32,000 nucleotides of DNA from Candidatus Saccharimonadota bacterium (GTDB lineage Bacteria; Patescibacteriota; Saccharimonadia; Saccharimonadales; Saccharimonadaceae), in the NCBI GenBank assembly GCA_039920285.1, contig JBDSDX010000001.1, positions 450,001 to 482,000 on the forward strand, read 5' to 3'. This document shows, one piece after another, positions 16,759 through 25,411 of this stretch (positions are counted from its first letter, which is position 1; each line of letters starts with the position of its first letter). Below the pieces are notes generated by a model that saw only the letters and a program-made list of their open reading frames with translations, did no database searches and had not been told where the DNA came from. A program made the position numbers and the translations under genes.

Positions 16759-18290
16759 TATTTCTTTTTCCGTAATGTTTTTTCGCGTATGATTGCGGCG
16801 GCATGACCAATACTTTCAATGATACCGAGTTGACGGAGTTGCGCGCGAAGTTTTCCCTTGGCGTGAGTCGTCGTGACAAGCTCTAGCCAAGAGTGCTTTG
16901 GGCCAGAAGTTTTGCGGGTCATCACTTCGACAATATCACCGTTATGAAGGGGTTTATCAAAAGGATGAATCACTCCGTTTGCCTTGAAACCATTGGCGTG
17001 TCGTCCGATGTCACTATGAACGAGATATGCAAAATCAAGCGGGAGCGCGCCCTCGGGCAAGTTGTAGATATCACCCTTTGGTGAGTACACAAAAATACGA
17101 TTACCAAATAAGTCCACATTTAGTTGGTCATCAGGGATCTCATCACCACTTCGTAGTTTGGTTGCGATTTCTTGAAGTTGAGTGATCCATTGCATGTTGG
17201 CAGGTAATACGGCTGTTTTTTTACGAGTGTAATCTTTAGAATTTTTTTGTTCGTGATAATGGAAACTTGCGGCGAGTCCACGTTCAGCAAATTCATGCAT
17301 ATCGTACGTGCGGATCTGGAATTCAATAATTTGTTTCGAGGGAGTGATGACCGTTGTGTGGAGACTTTGGTAGCCGTTTGGTTTTGGTGCAGCGATATAA
17401 TCCTTAATACGTGCCAACATTGGCTGGTAGAGCCCGTGAAGGATGCCAAGGACACGGTAACAGTCTTCGTTTGTCTCAACAATAATACGCAGAGCCATCA
17501 AGTCGTAGATATCATCGATGCTACCATCGACTTTCTTTAACTTCTTATAGAGACTATAAATTCCCTTAACGCGACCATTGATCTCAAACTTTATATTTTG
17601 TGCTTTGAGCGTTTTGTCGACCTCATCGCGCACAAGCCCTAGTTTACGAGTGCTTCGACCCAGACGTTTACGAATAAGATTGTGTAGTTTTTTGTATTCG
17701 GTTGGATCGAGGTAGCTAAAAGCGAGTTCTTCAATTTCCATACGGACGCGTCCCATACCAAGCCGGTCAGCCATTGGGCCGAAGACTTCGAGGCTCTCAC
17801 GGGCAATCTTCGTCTGTTTGTCTTTGGGCATGTATTGAAGCGTTTGAAGGTTATGAAGTCGATCGGCGAGCTTGATGATAATAACGCGAACATCTTGGCC
17901 AACTGCAATGAGAAGTTTTGAGAGATTTTCTTTTGTTTGCGGGAGGTACTCGGCGAGGTCTTGCATTCCCGAGCGAGCTTGTGACACCTTGGTGACCCCA
18001 TCAACCAAAAATGCGACATCGTGGCCAAAAAAATTCTCAACTTTTTCAAGGGTAATATCAGTATCCTCGACGGTATCATGAAGGACACCAGCTAACACAC
18101 TATCAATATCCATACCCCAGTCGATCAACGTCGATGCGACAGAAAGTGGGTGGGTGACATAGGCTTCACCACTTTTTCGTTTTTGACCTTTATGCGCTTC
18201 GGTCGCAACTTCGATGGCATGCTCCAATTCCTGCACCTGGTCTTCTTCGTAGTGCGGAGCTGCTTTTAGGAGTAGTGCCTCTTTTTTCAT
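16758..18290 (-). CDS. rel: Bifunctional (p)ppGpp synthetase/hydrolase of the Rel/SpoT (long RSH) type, C-terminally short (510 aa)
   Basis: The HD hydrolase domain (HPLSVASTLIDWGMD ... LHDTVEDT), the synthetase domain (RVKGIYSLYKKL ... DLMALRIIV ... YQSLHTTV) and the TGS domain (IFVYSPKGDIYNLPEGALPLDFAYLVHSDIG) are present. The true start is ATG 18290 (MKKEALL...). The ORF-track extension to 18380 is non-homologous and overlaps the gap promoter. Confidence 0.93.
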   Translation of the reverse strand: MKKEALLLKAAPHYEEDQVQELEHAIEVATEAHKGQKRKSGEAYVTHPLSVASTLIDWGMDIDSVLAGVLHDTVEDTDITLEKVENFFGHDVAFLVDGVTKVSQARSGMQDLAEYLPQTKENLSKLLIAVGQDVRVIIIKLADRLHNLQTLQYMPKDKQTKIARESLEVFGPMADRLGMGRVRMEIEELAFSYLDPTEYKKLHNLIRKRLGRSTRKLGLVRDEVDKTLKAQNIKFEINGRVKGIYSLYKKLKKVDGSIDDIYDLMALRIIVETNEDCYRVLGILHGLYQPMLARIKDYIAAPKPNGYQSLHTTVITPSKQIIEFQIRTYDMHEFAERGLAASFHYHEQKNSKDYTRKKTAVLPANMQWITQLQEIATKLRSGDEIPDDQLNVDLFGNRIFVYSPKGDIYNLPEGALPLDFAYLVHSDIGRHANGFKANGVIHPFDKPLHNGDIVEVMTRKTSGPKHSWLELVTTTHAKGKLRAQLRQLGIIESIGHAAAIIREKTLRKKK

Positions 18291-18296
18291 GTACTT

Positions 18297-18302
18297 AGTA
18301 TA
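18297..18302 (-). promoter_or_regulatory. -10 box TATACT (minus strand) 6 nt upstream of the rel ATG 18290, suggesting a leaderless start
   Basis: The minus strand reads cgtTATACTaagtacATG. This supports 18290 as the rel start. Confidence 0.4.
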
Positions 18303-18312
18303 ACGAAATACT

Positions 18313-18340
18313 TTGACTTGAACACTAAAACCCCTATACT
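18313..18340 (+). promoter_or_regulatory. Sigma-70-type promoter of the gap operon (TTGACT-N16-TATACT)
   Basis: The -35 box TTGACT (18313-18318) and the -10 box TATACT (18335-18340) are separated by a 16-nt spacer. A leader of about 33 nt follows, carrying AAGGAG (18365-18370) ahead of ATG 18380. Confidence 0.6.
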
Positions 18341-18379
18341 TAAAACAGTTATGTTTAACACTGTAAGGAGCGGGGTACA

Positions 18380-19399
18380 ATGAGTAAAACGAAAATTGGT
18401 ATCAATGGGTTCGGACGCATCGGACGAAATGCCTTTAAGATCGCCTTTGATCGCAGCGACATAGAAATTGTCGCGATCAACGACCTGACTGACACAAAGA
18501 CGCTTGCATACCTTTTGCAACACGATTCAAACTATGGCGCATACAAAAACAAAGTCACCTTCGACGACACGAATCTCATCGTTAACGGTCAGCACATCAA
18601 AGTATTAGCTGAAAAAGATCCCGCAGCACTTCCATGGGGAGACCTGGGTGTTGAACTCGTCATCGAGTCAACCGGACGCTTCACAGAAAAAGAAAAAGCA
18701 GAGCTTCACATTCAGGCTGGTGCAAAGCGCGTTGTTATTAGTGGTCCAAGCAAGAGCGACGGCGTTGATACGATCGTTCTTGGTGCAAATGAAGATGCAA
18801 TCGAAGGTTCGAGTACTGTGGTGAGCAACGCGAGCTGTACCACCAACTCACTCGGCGCAGTTATGGCAATTCTTGATGCAGAATTTGGTGTAGAGAAATC
18901 ACTCCTGACAACTGTTCACAGTTATACCGCGAGCCAAGCATTGCAAGATGCACCATCAAAAGACCTTCGTGAAGGTCGTAATGCAGCCGAGAACATTGTT
19001 CCGACAACAACCGGTGCAGCAATTGCCGTCACTAAGACTTTGCCACAACTTGTGGGTAAGTTTGATGGACTGAGCATTCGTGTCCCAACCCCAGTCGTTT
19101 CACTTAGTGACATTACCGTCCTTCTGGGTCGTGATGCAACGGTCGAAACTATTAACAATGCATTCAAAAAAGCTGCTGCTGAACCGTTCTATCAAGGCAT
19201 CCTAGGTGTCAGTGAAGAGCCACTCGTGAGCCGTGATTACATTGGTAACAGTCACTCTGGTGTAGTTGACTTACTACTCACTAAAGTTGTTGGTGGTAAT
19301 CTTGCGAAGATCATGGTCTGGTACGACAACGAATGGGGCTACAGTAACCGCCTCGTAGAATTGGTTGCCGACATCGGAAAGACCTTGCAGAAACAGTAG
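18380..19399 (+). CDS. gap: Type I glyceraldehyde-3-phosphate dehydrogenase
   Basis: The N-terminus GINGFGRIGRN and the active-site motif SNASCTTN are present, and the C-terminus WYDNEWGYSNR is typical. Confidence 0.97.
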   Translation: MSKTKIGINGFGRIGRNAFKIAFDRSDIEIVAINDLTDTKTLAYLLQHDSNYGAYKNKVTFDDTNLIVNGQHIKVLAEKDPAALPWGDLGVELVIESTGRFTEKEKAELHIQAGAKRVVISGPSKSDGVDTIVLGANEDAIEGSSTVVSNASCTTNSLGAVMAILDAEFGVEKSLLTTVHSYTASQALQDAPSKDLREGRNAAENIVPTTTGAAIAVTKTLPQLVGKFDGLSIRVPTPVVSLSDITVLLGRDATVETINNAFKKAAAEPFYQGILGVSEEPLVSRDYIGNSHSGVVDLLLTKVVGGNLAKIMVWYDNEWGYSNRLVELVADIGKTLQKQ

Positions 19400-19424
19400 T
19401 ATAACGCTTATACTTTAAAGTACT

Positions 19425-19871
19425 ATGAAGATCTTTTTGGGCAGCGATCACAACGGGTTTCATTTGAAGGAGGATATCTTTGCCTACCTTGCAAAACATG
19501 ATTACGATGTTGTTGATGTTGGCGATAAAGCTCTTGACCCGAATGACGATTTTCCTGAATTTGCTCAAGCCGCTGCCATTAAGATTCTCGGTGAACCTGA
19601 TGGCGAGGCTCGGGCAATTTTGCTGTGTGGTGGTGGTCAAGGTATGGCTATGGCTGCCAATCGTTTCCACGGTATCCGTGCCAGTGTGGTCTGGGATGCT
19701 TTTGAAGCAAAGATGACGCGTAACGATAACGACAGTAACGTGCTGTGCTTGCCGTCACGTGTTCTCGAAGATGGCGACTGGGAAGGCATTATAGAAACAT
19801 GGCTCAGTACGCCTTTTGCATCAGCACCGAGGTTTAAACGTCGTAACGCGCAAATTGACGGGTTGATGTAA
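19425..19871 (+). CDS. rpiB: Ribose-5-phosphate isomerase B
   Basis: MKIFLGSDHNGFHLKE and LLCGGGQGMAMAANRFHGIRA match the RpiB/LacAB family pattern. Confidence 0.93.
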   Translation: MKIFLGSDHNGFHLKEDIFAYLAKHDYDVVDVGDKALDPNDDFPEFAQAAAIKILGEPDGEARAILLCGGGQGMAMAANRFHGIRASVVWDAFEAKMTRNDNDSNVLCLPSRVLEDGDWEGIIETWLSTPFASAPRFKRRNAQIDGLM

Positions 19872-20515
19872 TGAGTATTATCGCACCGGCTATTACTGTT
19901 GAGACCGCCGAACAATACAAGATTGGTGTCGAACGCATTCAGGGTTTTGCCCAACGCGTTCACATTGATATCAGTGATGGAGAATTTGCGCCATCATTTC
20001 TTTTGGCCGAAAACCAACTATATTGGCCACAGAATTGGCAAGTTGATATTCATGCCATGCTAGCTCGTCCCTCTGAACATATCGCCGCACTCATTGCATT
20101 GAAGCCGAGCATGATTATATTTCACGCCGAGATCAAAGAAGATCGTGCGACATTGATTGCTCAGATTAAAGCCGCGGGTATTAAAGCAGGTGTGGCTCTT
20201 TTGCGCTCAACAGTACCCTCGTCAGTCGATAATATTATTCGTTTAGTTGATCACGTGATGATTTTCTCCGGCGAATTGGGCAAGTACGGTGGCATTGCAA
20301 GTTTGATGCAGGTTGAAAAGATTCGTTTGATTAAAGCGATTAACCCAGAAGTAGAAATCGGCTGGGATGGTGGTGTCAGTATTGAAAACGCATATACGCT
20401 AACCCAAGGCGGAGTTGACGTCTTGAATTGTGGTGGTGCGCTGGCGAATGCACCAGATCCGGCTGTAGCCTACGAGGCTTTGGTAAAAGAAATTAATAAA
20501 CACGGAGTCATCTAA
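19871..20515 (+). CDS. rpe: Ribulose-phosphate 3-epimerase-like TIM-barrel protein (divergent)
   Basis: HIDISDGEFAPS parallels the canonical H-x-D-V-M-D-G-x-F-V-P-N motif. DIHAM parallels DVHLM. DHVMIFSGELGKYGG and IGWDGGV parallel the family's M-x-V-x-PG-F-GGQ and VDGG motifs. The start shares the TAATG junction with rpiB. Confidence 0.65.
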   Translation: MSIIAPAITVETAEQYKIGVERIQGFAQRVHIDISDGEFAPSFLLAENQLYWPQNWQVDIHAMLARPSEHIAALIALKPSMIIFHAEIKEDRATLIAQIKAAGIKAGVALLRSTVPSSVDNIIRLVDHVMIFSGELGKYGGIASLMQVEKIRLIKAINPEVEIGWDGGVSIENAYTLTQGGVDVLNCGGALANAPDPAVAYEALVKEINKHGVI

Positions 20516-21378
20516 TGGTCCAGCTCACAATCCCACAACTCGAACAAAAAGCACACGACATCCGAGAGGACATTCTTCGTATGCTCGAAGCTGCTGGGAG
20601 CGGACACAGTGCTGGCCCATTAGGTTTAGCCGACATTTTTGCTGCGCTCTATTTCAGCATATTGAATATTAAACCCGAAGAACCCGAATGGGCTGATCGA
20701 GATATTATTTTCTTGAGTAATGGACACTGTGTCCCCGTTCAATATGCCTCAATGGCCGAAGCGGGCTTCTTTGATAAAGAAGAACTTTTGACACTCCGTA
20801 AACTTGGTAGCCGTCTTCAAGGTCACCCTGAACGAGAACGCCTTCCGGGTCTCGAAAATACAAGTGGTCCACTCGGGAGTGGATTATCACAAGCAGCTGG
20901 GTACGCGTACTCACTTCAATATATTGACGATATAACACATCGGTTTGTGTATGTCGTTATGGGTGACGGTGAACTCGACGAAGGGAATATCTGGGAAGCC
21001 GCAATGTTTGCTGGTAAGAACAAACTTTCGCAACTCGTCGCTTTTGTTGATCGTAATAATATTCAGATTGACGGCAGTACTGAGGATGTTATGCCTCTCG
21101 AGGATCTACGCGGTAAATGGGAATCATTTGGTTGGCATGTGCTCGAGATTGATGGTAACAACATCGAGAGCATCCTCAACGCAGCTAGTGAAGGTCGCGC
21201 AGTCACAAATCGTCCTACCGTTATTATCGCTCACACTATTCCAGGTAAGGGTGTCGACTTTATGGAATATGATTACCATTGGCACGGCTATGGAAAATCT
21301 CCTGAGGATTACAAGAAGGCACTTCTGAAATTGAGGACACTTGATGGAAAGATCAGCCATGAAGGAGAAGGTGTATGA
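20515..21378 (+). CDS. tkt: Transketolase, N-terminal (TPP-binding) subunit
   Basis: GHSAGPLGLADIFAALYF and the TPP motif GDGELDEGNIWEAAMFAG are present. This is the split-gene form of transketolase. Confidence 0.93.
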   Translation: MVQLTIPQLEQKAHDIREDILRMLEAAGSGHSAGPLGLADIFAALYFSILNIKPEEPEWADRDIIFLSNGHCVPVQYASMAEAGFFDKEELLTLRKLGSRLQGHPERERLPGLENTSGPLGSGLSQAAGYAYSLQYIDDITHRFVYVVMGDGELDEGNIWEAAMFAGKNKLSQLVAFVDRNNIQIDGSTEDVMPLEDLRGKWESFGWHVLEIDGNNIESILNAASEGRAVTNRPTVIIAHTIPGKGVDFMEYDYHWHGYGKSPEDYKKALLKLRTLDGKISHEGEGV

Positions 21379-22367
21379 GTGACTATAGTCTGAACCCAAA
21401 CGTATTCAACGACGATGTCGAACAGGAACCAACGCGAGCAGGTTTTGGTCGTGGACTCAAAGCCGCTGGTGAGGCCAATGAAGCGGTCGTTGCGCTTTGT
21501 GCAGACCTGACCGAAAGTACACAAATGCATTTATTCCGTGACGCATTTCCAAAACGATTTATTGAAATTGGTGTTGCTGAGCAAAATCTGGTGACTGTTG
21601 CGAGTGGTATGGCTCGGGCAGGTAAGATTCCATTCACGAGCAGTTACGCAGCCTTTAGCCCTGGGCGAAACTGGGAACAAATTCGCACCACTTCAGCACT
21701 CAATAATCAACCGGTAAAAATCGTTGGTTCTCACGCTGGTATCAGTGTTGGTCCTGACGGCGCTACTCACCAAATGCTTGAAGACATTGCATTGATGCGT
21801 GTATTACCAAATATGATCGTTGTAGCGCCTGGTGATGGTATTGAAGCTGAGAAAGCGACAAAACTTATTGCAGAGAATGGAAAACCCACCTATATTCGCC
21901 TTGCTCGTGAGAAAACTCCTATATTTAGTACTTTAGAATCACCGTTTGAAATTGGTAAGGCCTATGTTCTGCGTGAGGGTCATGACGTGAGCTTGCTTGG
22001 GACTGGTACGATGACCTATCAACTATTGGTTGCGGCTGAAATTCTTTCAAAAGAAGGTATTGAAGCTGAAGTGGTTCATGTGCCAACTATTAAACCACTT
22101 GACGAGGAGACAATCCTTGAAAGTGTACGCAAAACTGGACGTGTAGTGACAGCAGAAGAAGCTCAAATCAACGGTGGTTTCGGGGGTGCAATTGCAGAGT
22201 TCCTTGGTGAACATTTACCAATGCCGCTAAAGCGTCTAGGAATACAAAATCGCTTCGGTGAGTCCGGTGCACCAAATGACCTACTCATCCATTTCCGATT
22301 AAATGGTGCGTCGATGGCTGAGGACATCAAAGCGTTTATTGAGAAAATGCCTCGCTACCACCAGTAA
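21375..22367 (+). CDS. tkt: Transketolase, C-terminal (pyrimidine-binding) subunit
   Basis: FIEIGVAEQNLVTVASGMA and GPDGATHQMLEDIALMRVLPNM are present. The start overlaps the N-terminal subunit gene (ATGA at 21375-21378). Confidence 0.93.
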   Translation: MSDYSLNPNVFNDDVEQEPTRAGFGRGLKAAGEANEAVVALCADLTESTQMHLFRDAFPKRFIEIGVAEQNLVTVASGMARAGKIPFTSSYAAFSPGRNWEQIRTTSALNNQPVKIVGSHAGISVGPDGATHQMLEDIALMRVLPNMIVVAPGDGIEAEKATKLIAENGKPTYIRLAREKTPIFSTLESPFEIGKAYVLREGHDVSLLGTGTMTYQLLVAAEILSKEGIEAEVVHVPTIKPLDEETILESVRKTGRVVTAEEAQINGGFGGAIAEFLGEHLPMPLKRLGIQNRFGESGAPNDLLIHFRLNGASMAEDIKAFIEKMPRYHQ

Positions 22368-22416
22368 GCTAGGTTCGGTATACTGAAAATATAAGCACAA
22401 TACTTTAAGGGGGCAT

Positions 22417-23328
22417 ATGGGACTAACAATACGAGAGATTCGGGAAAATACGACACGGGCACGACATTTGATGCAACGATCGCGCCAACAACACTTTGCT
22501 GTCGGAGCATTTAACATCGATAATCAAGATACGATCATTGCGGTTGCAGCAGCGGCCCAAAAACTAAATTCACCCATTCTCGTAGAAGTAACTCATGATG
22601 AAATTGATGCGATGGGTGCGGATAATGTTCGTGACATGATCGATAATTACAAAAAAGAATATGGTATCGAGGTTTACATCAATCTTGATCATAGCCCAAC
22701 CGTTGAGTCTGCGAAACGTGGTATTGATGCTGGATTCGAATTTATTCACATTGACTTGTCTCAAAGTAATCATGAGGCGAGTGATGAGGAAATCATCAAT
22801 GCAACTCGTGAAGTTGTCGAGTATGCCAAGTTTACTGGTGCTCTTGTTGAAAGTGAACCGCACTATTTCGGAGGAAGTAGTAACCTACACGAAGAAGCTA
22901 TCGACTACGAAGAAATCAAGAAGACATTCTCGACTCCAGAAGGAGCGAAGGCATTTGTCGATGCAACAGGTATCGATACATTTGCCGCAGCTATCGGAAA
23001 CCTCCACGGTAAATACCCAGTTCCTAAAGAATTAGACCTTGAACTGTTACAACAAATCCGCGATGCGATTGACTGTCAGATTAGCCTCCATGGCGGAAGT
23101 GGCACCCCTGGACACTACTTTGAAGAAGCAGCCAAGATTGGTGTCAGTAAAGTGAATATCAATAGTGACCTTCGATATGCCTTCCGTAAAGGACTTGAAA
23201 AAATTCTCCAGGATAATCCTGATCAGTATGCAGTCGTTAAGATTATGGGACCAGTACGTGATTCAGTTCAGGCGGTAGTTGAAGAGAAGATCAGCTCACT
23301 AGGAAGTGCCGGTAAAGCAGTTCTTTAA
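22417..23328 (+). CDS. fba: Class II fructose-bisphosphate aldolase family protein
   Basis: FAVGAFN, the metal ligand regions LDHS and IGNLHGKY, and LHGGSG are present. Confidence 0.9.
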   Translation: MGLTIREIRENTTRARHLMQRSRQQHFAVGAFNIDNQDTIIAVAAAAQKLNSPILVEVTHDEIDAMGADNVRDMIDNYKKEYGIEVYINLDHSPTVESAKRGIDAGFEFIHIDLSQSNHEASDEEIINATREVVEYAKFTGALVESEPHYFGGSSNLHEEAIDYEEIKKTFSTPEGAKAFVDATGIDTFAAAIGNLHGKYPVPKELDLELLQQIRDAIDCQISLHGGSGTPGHYFEEAAKIGVSKVNINSDLRYAFRKGLEKILQDNPDQYAVVKIMGPVRDSVQAVVEEKISSLGSAGKAVL

Positions 23329-23336
23329 GAACTGCT
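23316..23336. terminator. Hairpin spanning the fba stop codon and reaching the first base of the convergent tal stop codon (possible bidirectional terminator)
   Basis: An 8-bp perfect stem, AGCAGTTC (23316-23323) pairing with GAACTGCT (23329-23336), has the 5-nt loop TTTAA. There is no flanking U-tract on either strand, so terminator function is uncertain. Confidence 0.35.
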
Positions 23337-24409
23337 TAAGCCATCTTTGATTCAATAGCTTGTAGCAACGTCGCGAATGACGCTTGGAACTTTTGTACAC
23401 CCTCGCTTTCGAGGGTGATTGCAACATCATTAAAATCAATTCCTACTTCTTGAAGTCGGCGGAAAGTATCTTTTGCGTGCGCAATGTACTCTGTTGAGAT
23501 CGGTTGGATGTCTTCAGGAAGATGATCTATGATCTTTGAAATAGTGTCCTCTGGAAGTGTGTTAACGGTCTGTGGAGCAACTAGGTAGGTTACATACATC
23601 AGATCATCGTAAGCAGGGTTCTTTGTTGAGGTAGAAGCCCAGAGTAAGCGTTGAACAGCGGGGGTGTCGGGTTGACTATCGGCGACACTACCAAATTTTT
23701 GTTGAAAAATGTCGTATGCGAGGTGGGCCTGAGCAACTGCTGCTTGACCACGAAGATCGAGTGCGTCTTGCGTCGCTAGCGCCTCAAGTCGTTTATCAAC
23801 TTCGCTATCAACACGACTAACAAAGAATGATGCAACACTCCGAGCGGTGTTGTTCGAAGTGTTGTGTGTTGCAAGGTGTGCATCGGCAACTTGTTGGTAG
23901 TGATCGAGACTGAATATAAGCGTCACGTTAACATTAATGCCAACGCTAAGGAGTTCTTGAATTGCAGGCATGCTTGCGTCGGTTGCCGGAACTTTGATCA
24001 TAAGGTTTGGCTGGTTTACTTCTTGCCAAAGGCGTTTTGCCTGCGCGAGTGTCGCATCGTGATCTTCTGCAAGACGTGGGGATACTTCCAGCGAGACATA
24101 TCCATCTGCACCGTTCGATTCGTCGTACAGTGGACGCAGAAGCGCAGCTGCCGCCTTGATATCGTCTTCAACGATGCGCCAATATATTGTTTCGGCATCA
24201 GCACCCGAAGTAGCCAAAGTCTTGATCTGTTCATCGTAGAGAGAGCTGTTTAAGATTGCATGTTCCAAGATTGTTGGATTCGAGGTAAGCCCACGGACAC
24301 CTTGGGTGACATACTCAGCCAATTTACCAGACTCCAGAAGGTCTCGACTAAGGTTGTCGAGCCATGGACTTTGGTTGAATTGTTGATGGAGTTTTTGGAG
24401 GTTATTCAT
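23336..24409 (-). CDS. tal: Transaldolase
   Basis: SPWLDNLSRD, GVRGLTSNPTI and the Schiff-base lysine context MIKVPAT are present. Confidence 0.93.
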   Translation of the reverse strand: MNNLQKLHQQFNQSPWLDNLSRDLLESGKLAEYVTQGVRGLTSNPTILEHAILNSSLYDEQIKTLATSGADAETIYWRIVEDDIKAAAALLRPLYDESNGADGYVSLEVSPRLAEDHDATLAQAKRLWQEVNQPNLMIKVPATDASMPAIQELLSVGINVNVTLIFSLDHYQQVADAHLATHNTSNNTARSVASFFVSRVDSEVDKRLEALATQDALDLRGQAAVAQAHLAYDIFQQKFGSVADSQPDTPAVQRLLWASTSTKNPAYDDLMYVTYLVAPQTVNTLPEDTISKIIDHLPEDIQPISTEYIAHAKDTFRRLQEVGIDFNDVAITLESEGVQKFQASFATLLQAIESKMA

Positions 24410-24416
24410 TGCCTAT

Positions 24417-24422
24417 AGTATA
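24417..24422 (-). promoter_or_regulatory. -10 box TATACT (minus strand) 7 nt upstream of the tal ATG 24409, suggesting a leaderless start
   Basis: The minus strand reads gcTATACTataggcaATG. Only 27 nt separate the divergent tal and PfkB start codons. Confidence 0.4.
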
Positions 24423-24436
24423 GCAAACGTTGTATC

Positions 24437-25411
24437 ATGATGCATATGGTTACTATATGTGCGCTGGGTGCGGCCTCACAGGATGTCTTTTTGTCCGGTA
24501 AGGGAATAAAAGCACAACTCGACCCTCAAACGAATGAATACGTTGAGGAATTTAAACTCGGTGCGAAATTAAATGTTGATGGTGTTACTTTTTCAACTGG
24601 TGGTGGCGCAACAAATGCAGCGGTTACTTTTGCTCGGCAAGGTATCGAGAGTCACTTCATTGGACGCGTTGGTGATGACTTTGCCGCGCAAGGGATACTT
24701 CATGAGCTTGACCACGAACATATTGATACATCAAAAATTATTAAAGACACAAAGCTAGGAACCCAGTACTCAACGATTTTGCTTGCCGAAACTGGAGAGC
24801 GAACGATTCTTATCTACCGTGGTGCTGCGAACGGACATCTTCCACAAGAATATCAATCGATTAACTTTGGAGCTTACGATTGGCTATATATCTCTAGCTT
24901 TTCTGGAGCAATGGATGCACTTGAGGTTATTATTACTCACGCCAAGGCTCAAGGAGTTAAGATTGCTTTGAACCCCGGATCGGCAGAGCTCGAACAAGCC
25001 GACAAACTTCGTGGGTTACTCGAAGATGTCGACCTACTCCTCATGAACAAAGAAGAGGCGATGCTTGTCGTTAGTGGTCAAGACTCTGAGGAATTAGCAC
25101 GCCATGGACTTCATTATTGTCCGACTGTTGTTATTTCTGATGGACCTAATGGTGTCGTTGCAACCGACGGTAAGACTGTTGTTAAAGCAGGGATGTATGA
25201 AGATGTACCTGTGCTTGATCGAACTGGTGCCGGTGATGCGTTTGGATCTGGTTTTTTGAGTCAATGGGCAGAAGGAAAGTCTTTGAAGGAAGCGGTTGTG
25301 TTCGCTAGTGCTAATTCAACTTCTGTAGTGACGAAGATTGGTGCAAAAGAGGGAATTTTACATAAGGGCACTGTCTTACATGATATGCCAATGACTGAGG
25401 AGAAGTTTTAA
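24437..25411 (+). CDS. PfkB-family carbohydrate/nucleoside kinase (ribokinase-like)
   Basis: The N-terminal GG motif (TFSTGGGATNAA) and the C-terminal anion-hole/ATP motif DRTGAGDAFGSGFLS are present. The start could be ATG 24437, 24440 or 24446, and the homology-like N-terminus MVTICALGAASQD favours 24446. Substrate cannot be told from the sequence. Confidence 0.85.
   Translation: MMHMVTICALGAASQDVFLSGKGIKAQLDPQTNEYVEEFKLGAKLNVDGVTFSTGGGATNAAVTFARQGIESHFIGRVGDDFAAQGILHELDHEHIDTSKIIKDTKLGTQYSTILLAETGERTILIYRGAANGHLPQEYQSINFGAYDWLYISSFSGAMDALEVIITHAKAQGVKIALNPGSAELEQADKLRGLLEDVDLLLMNKEEAMLVVSGQDSEELARHGLHYCPTVVISDGPNGVVATDGKTVVKAGMYEDVPVLDRTGAGDAFGSGFLSQWAEGKSLKEAVVFASANSTSVVTKIGAKEGILHKGTVLHDMPMTEEKF

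Noticed and set aside
18291-18380. A 30-codon upstream extension of the rel ORF.
   Set aside because: The extension covers the gap promoter and RBS and has no Rel homology. ATG 18290 gives the conserved N-terminus and is preceded by a -10-like TATACT.
19397-19414. An AT-rich hairpin (AGTATAA-cgc-TTATACT) between gap and rpiB, as a possible attenuator.
   Set aside because: The 7-bp all-A/T stem would be very weak. The right arm doubles as a -10-like TATACT, which explains the sequence more simply.
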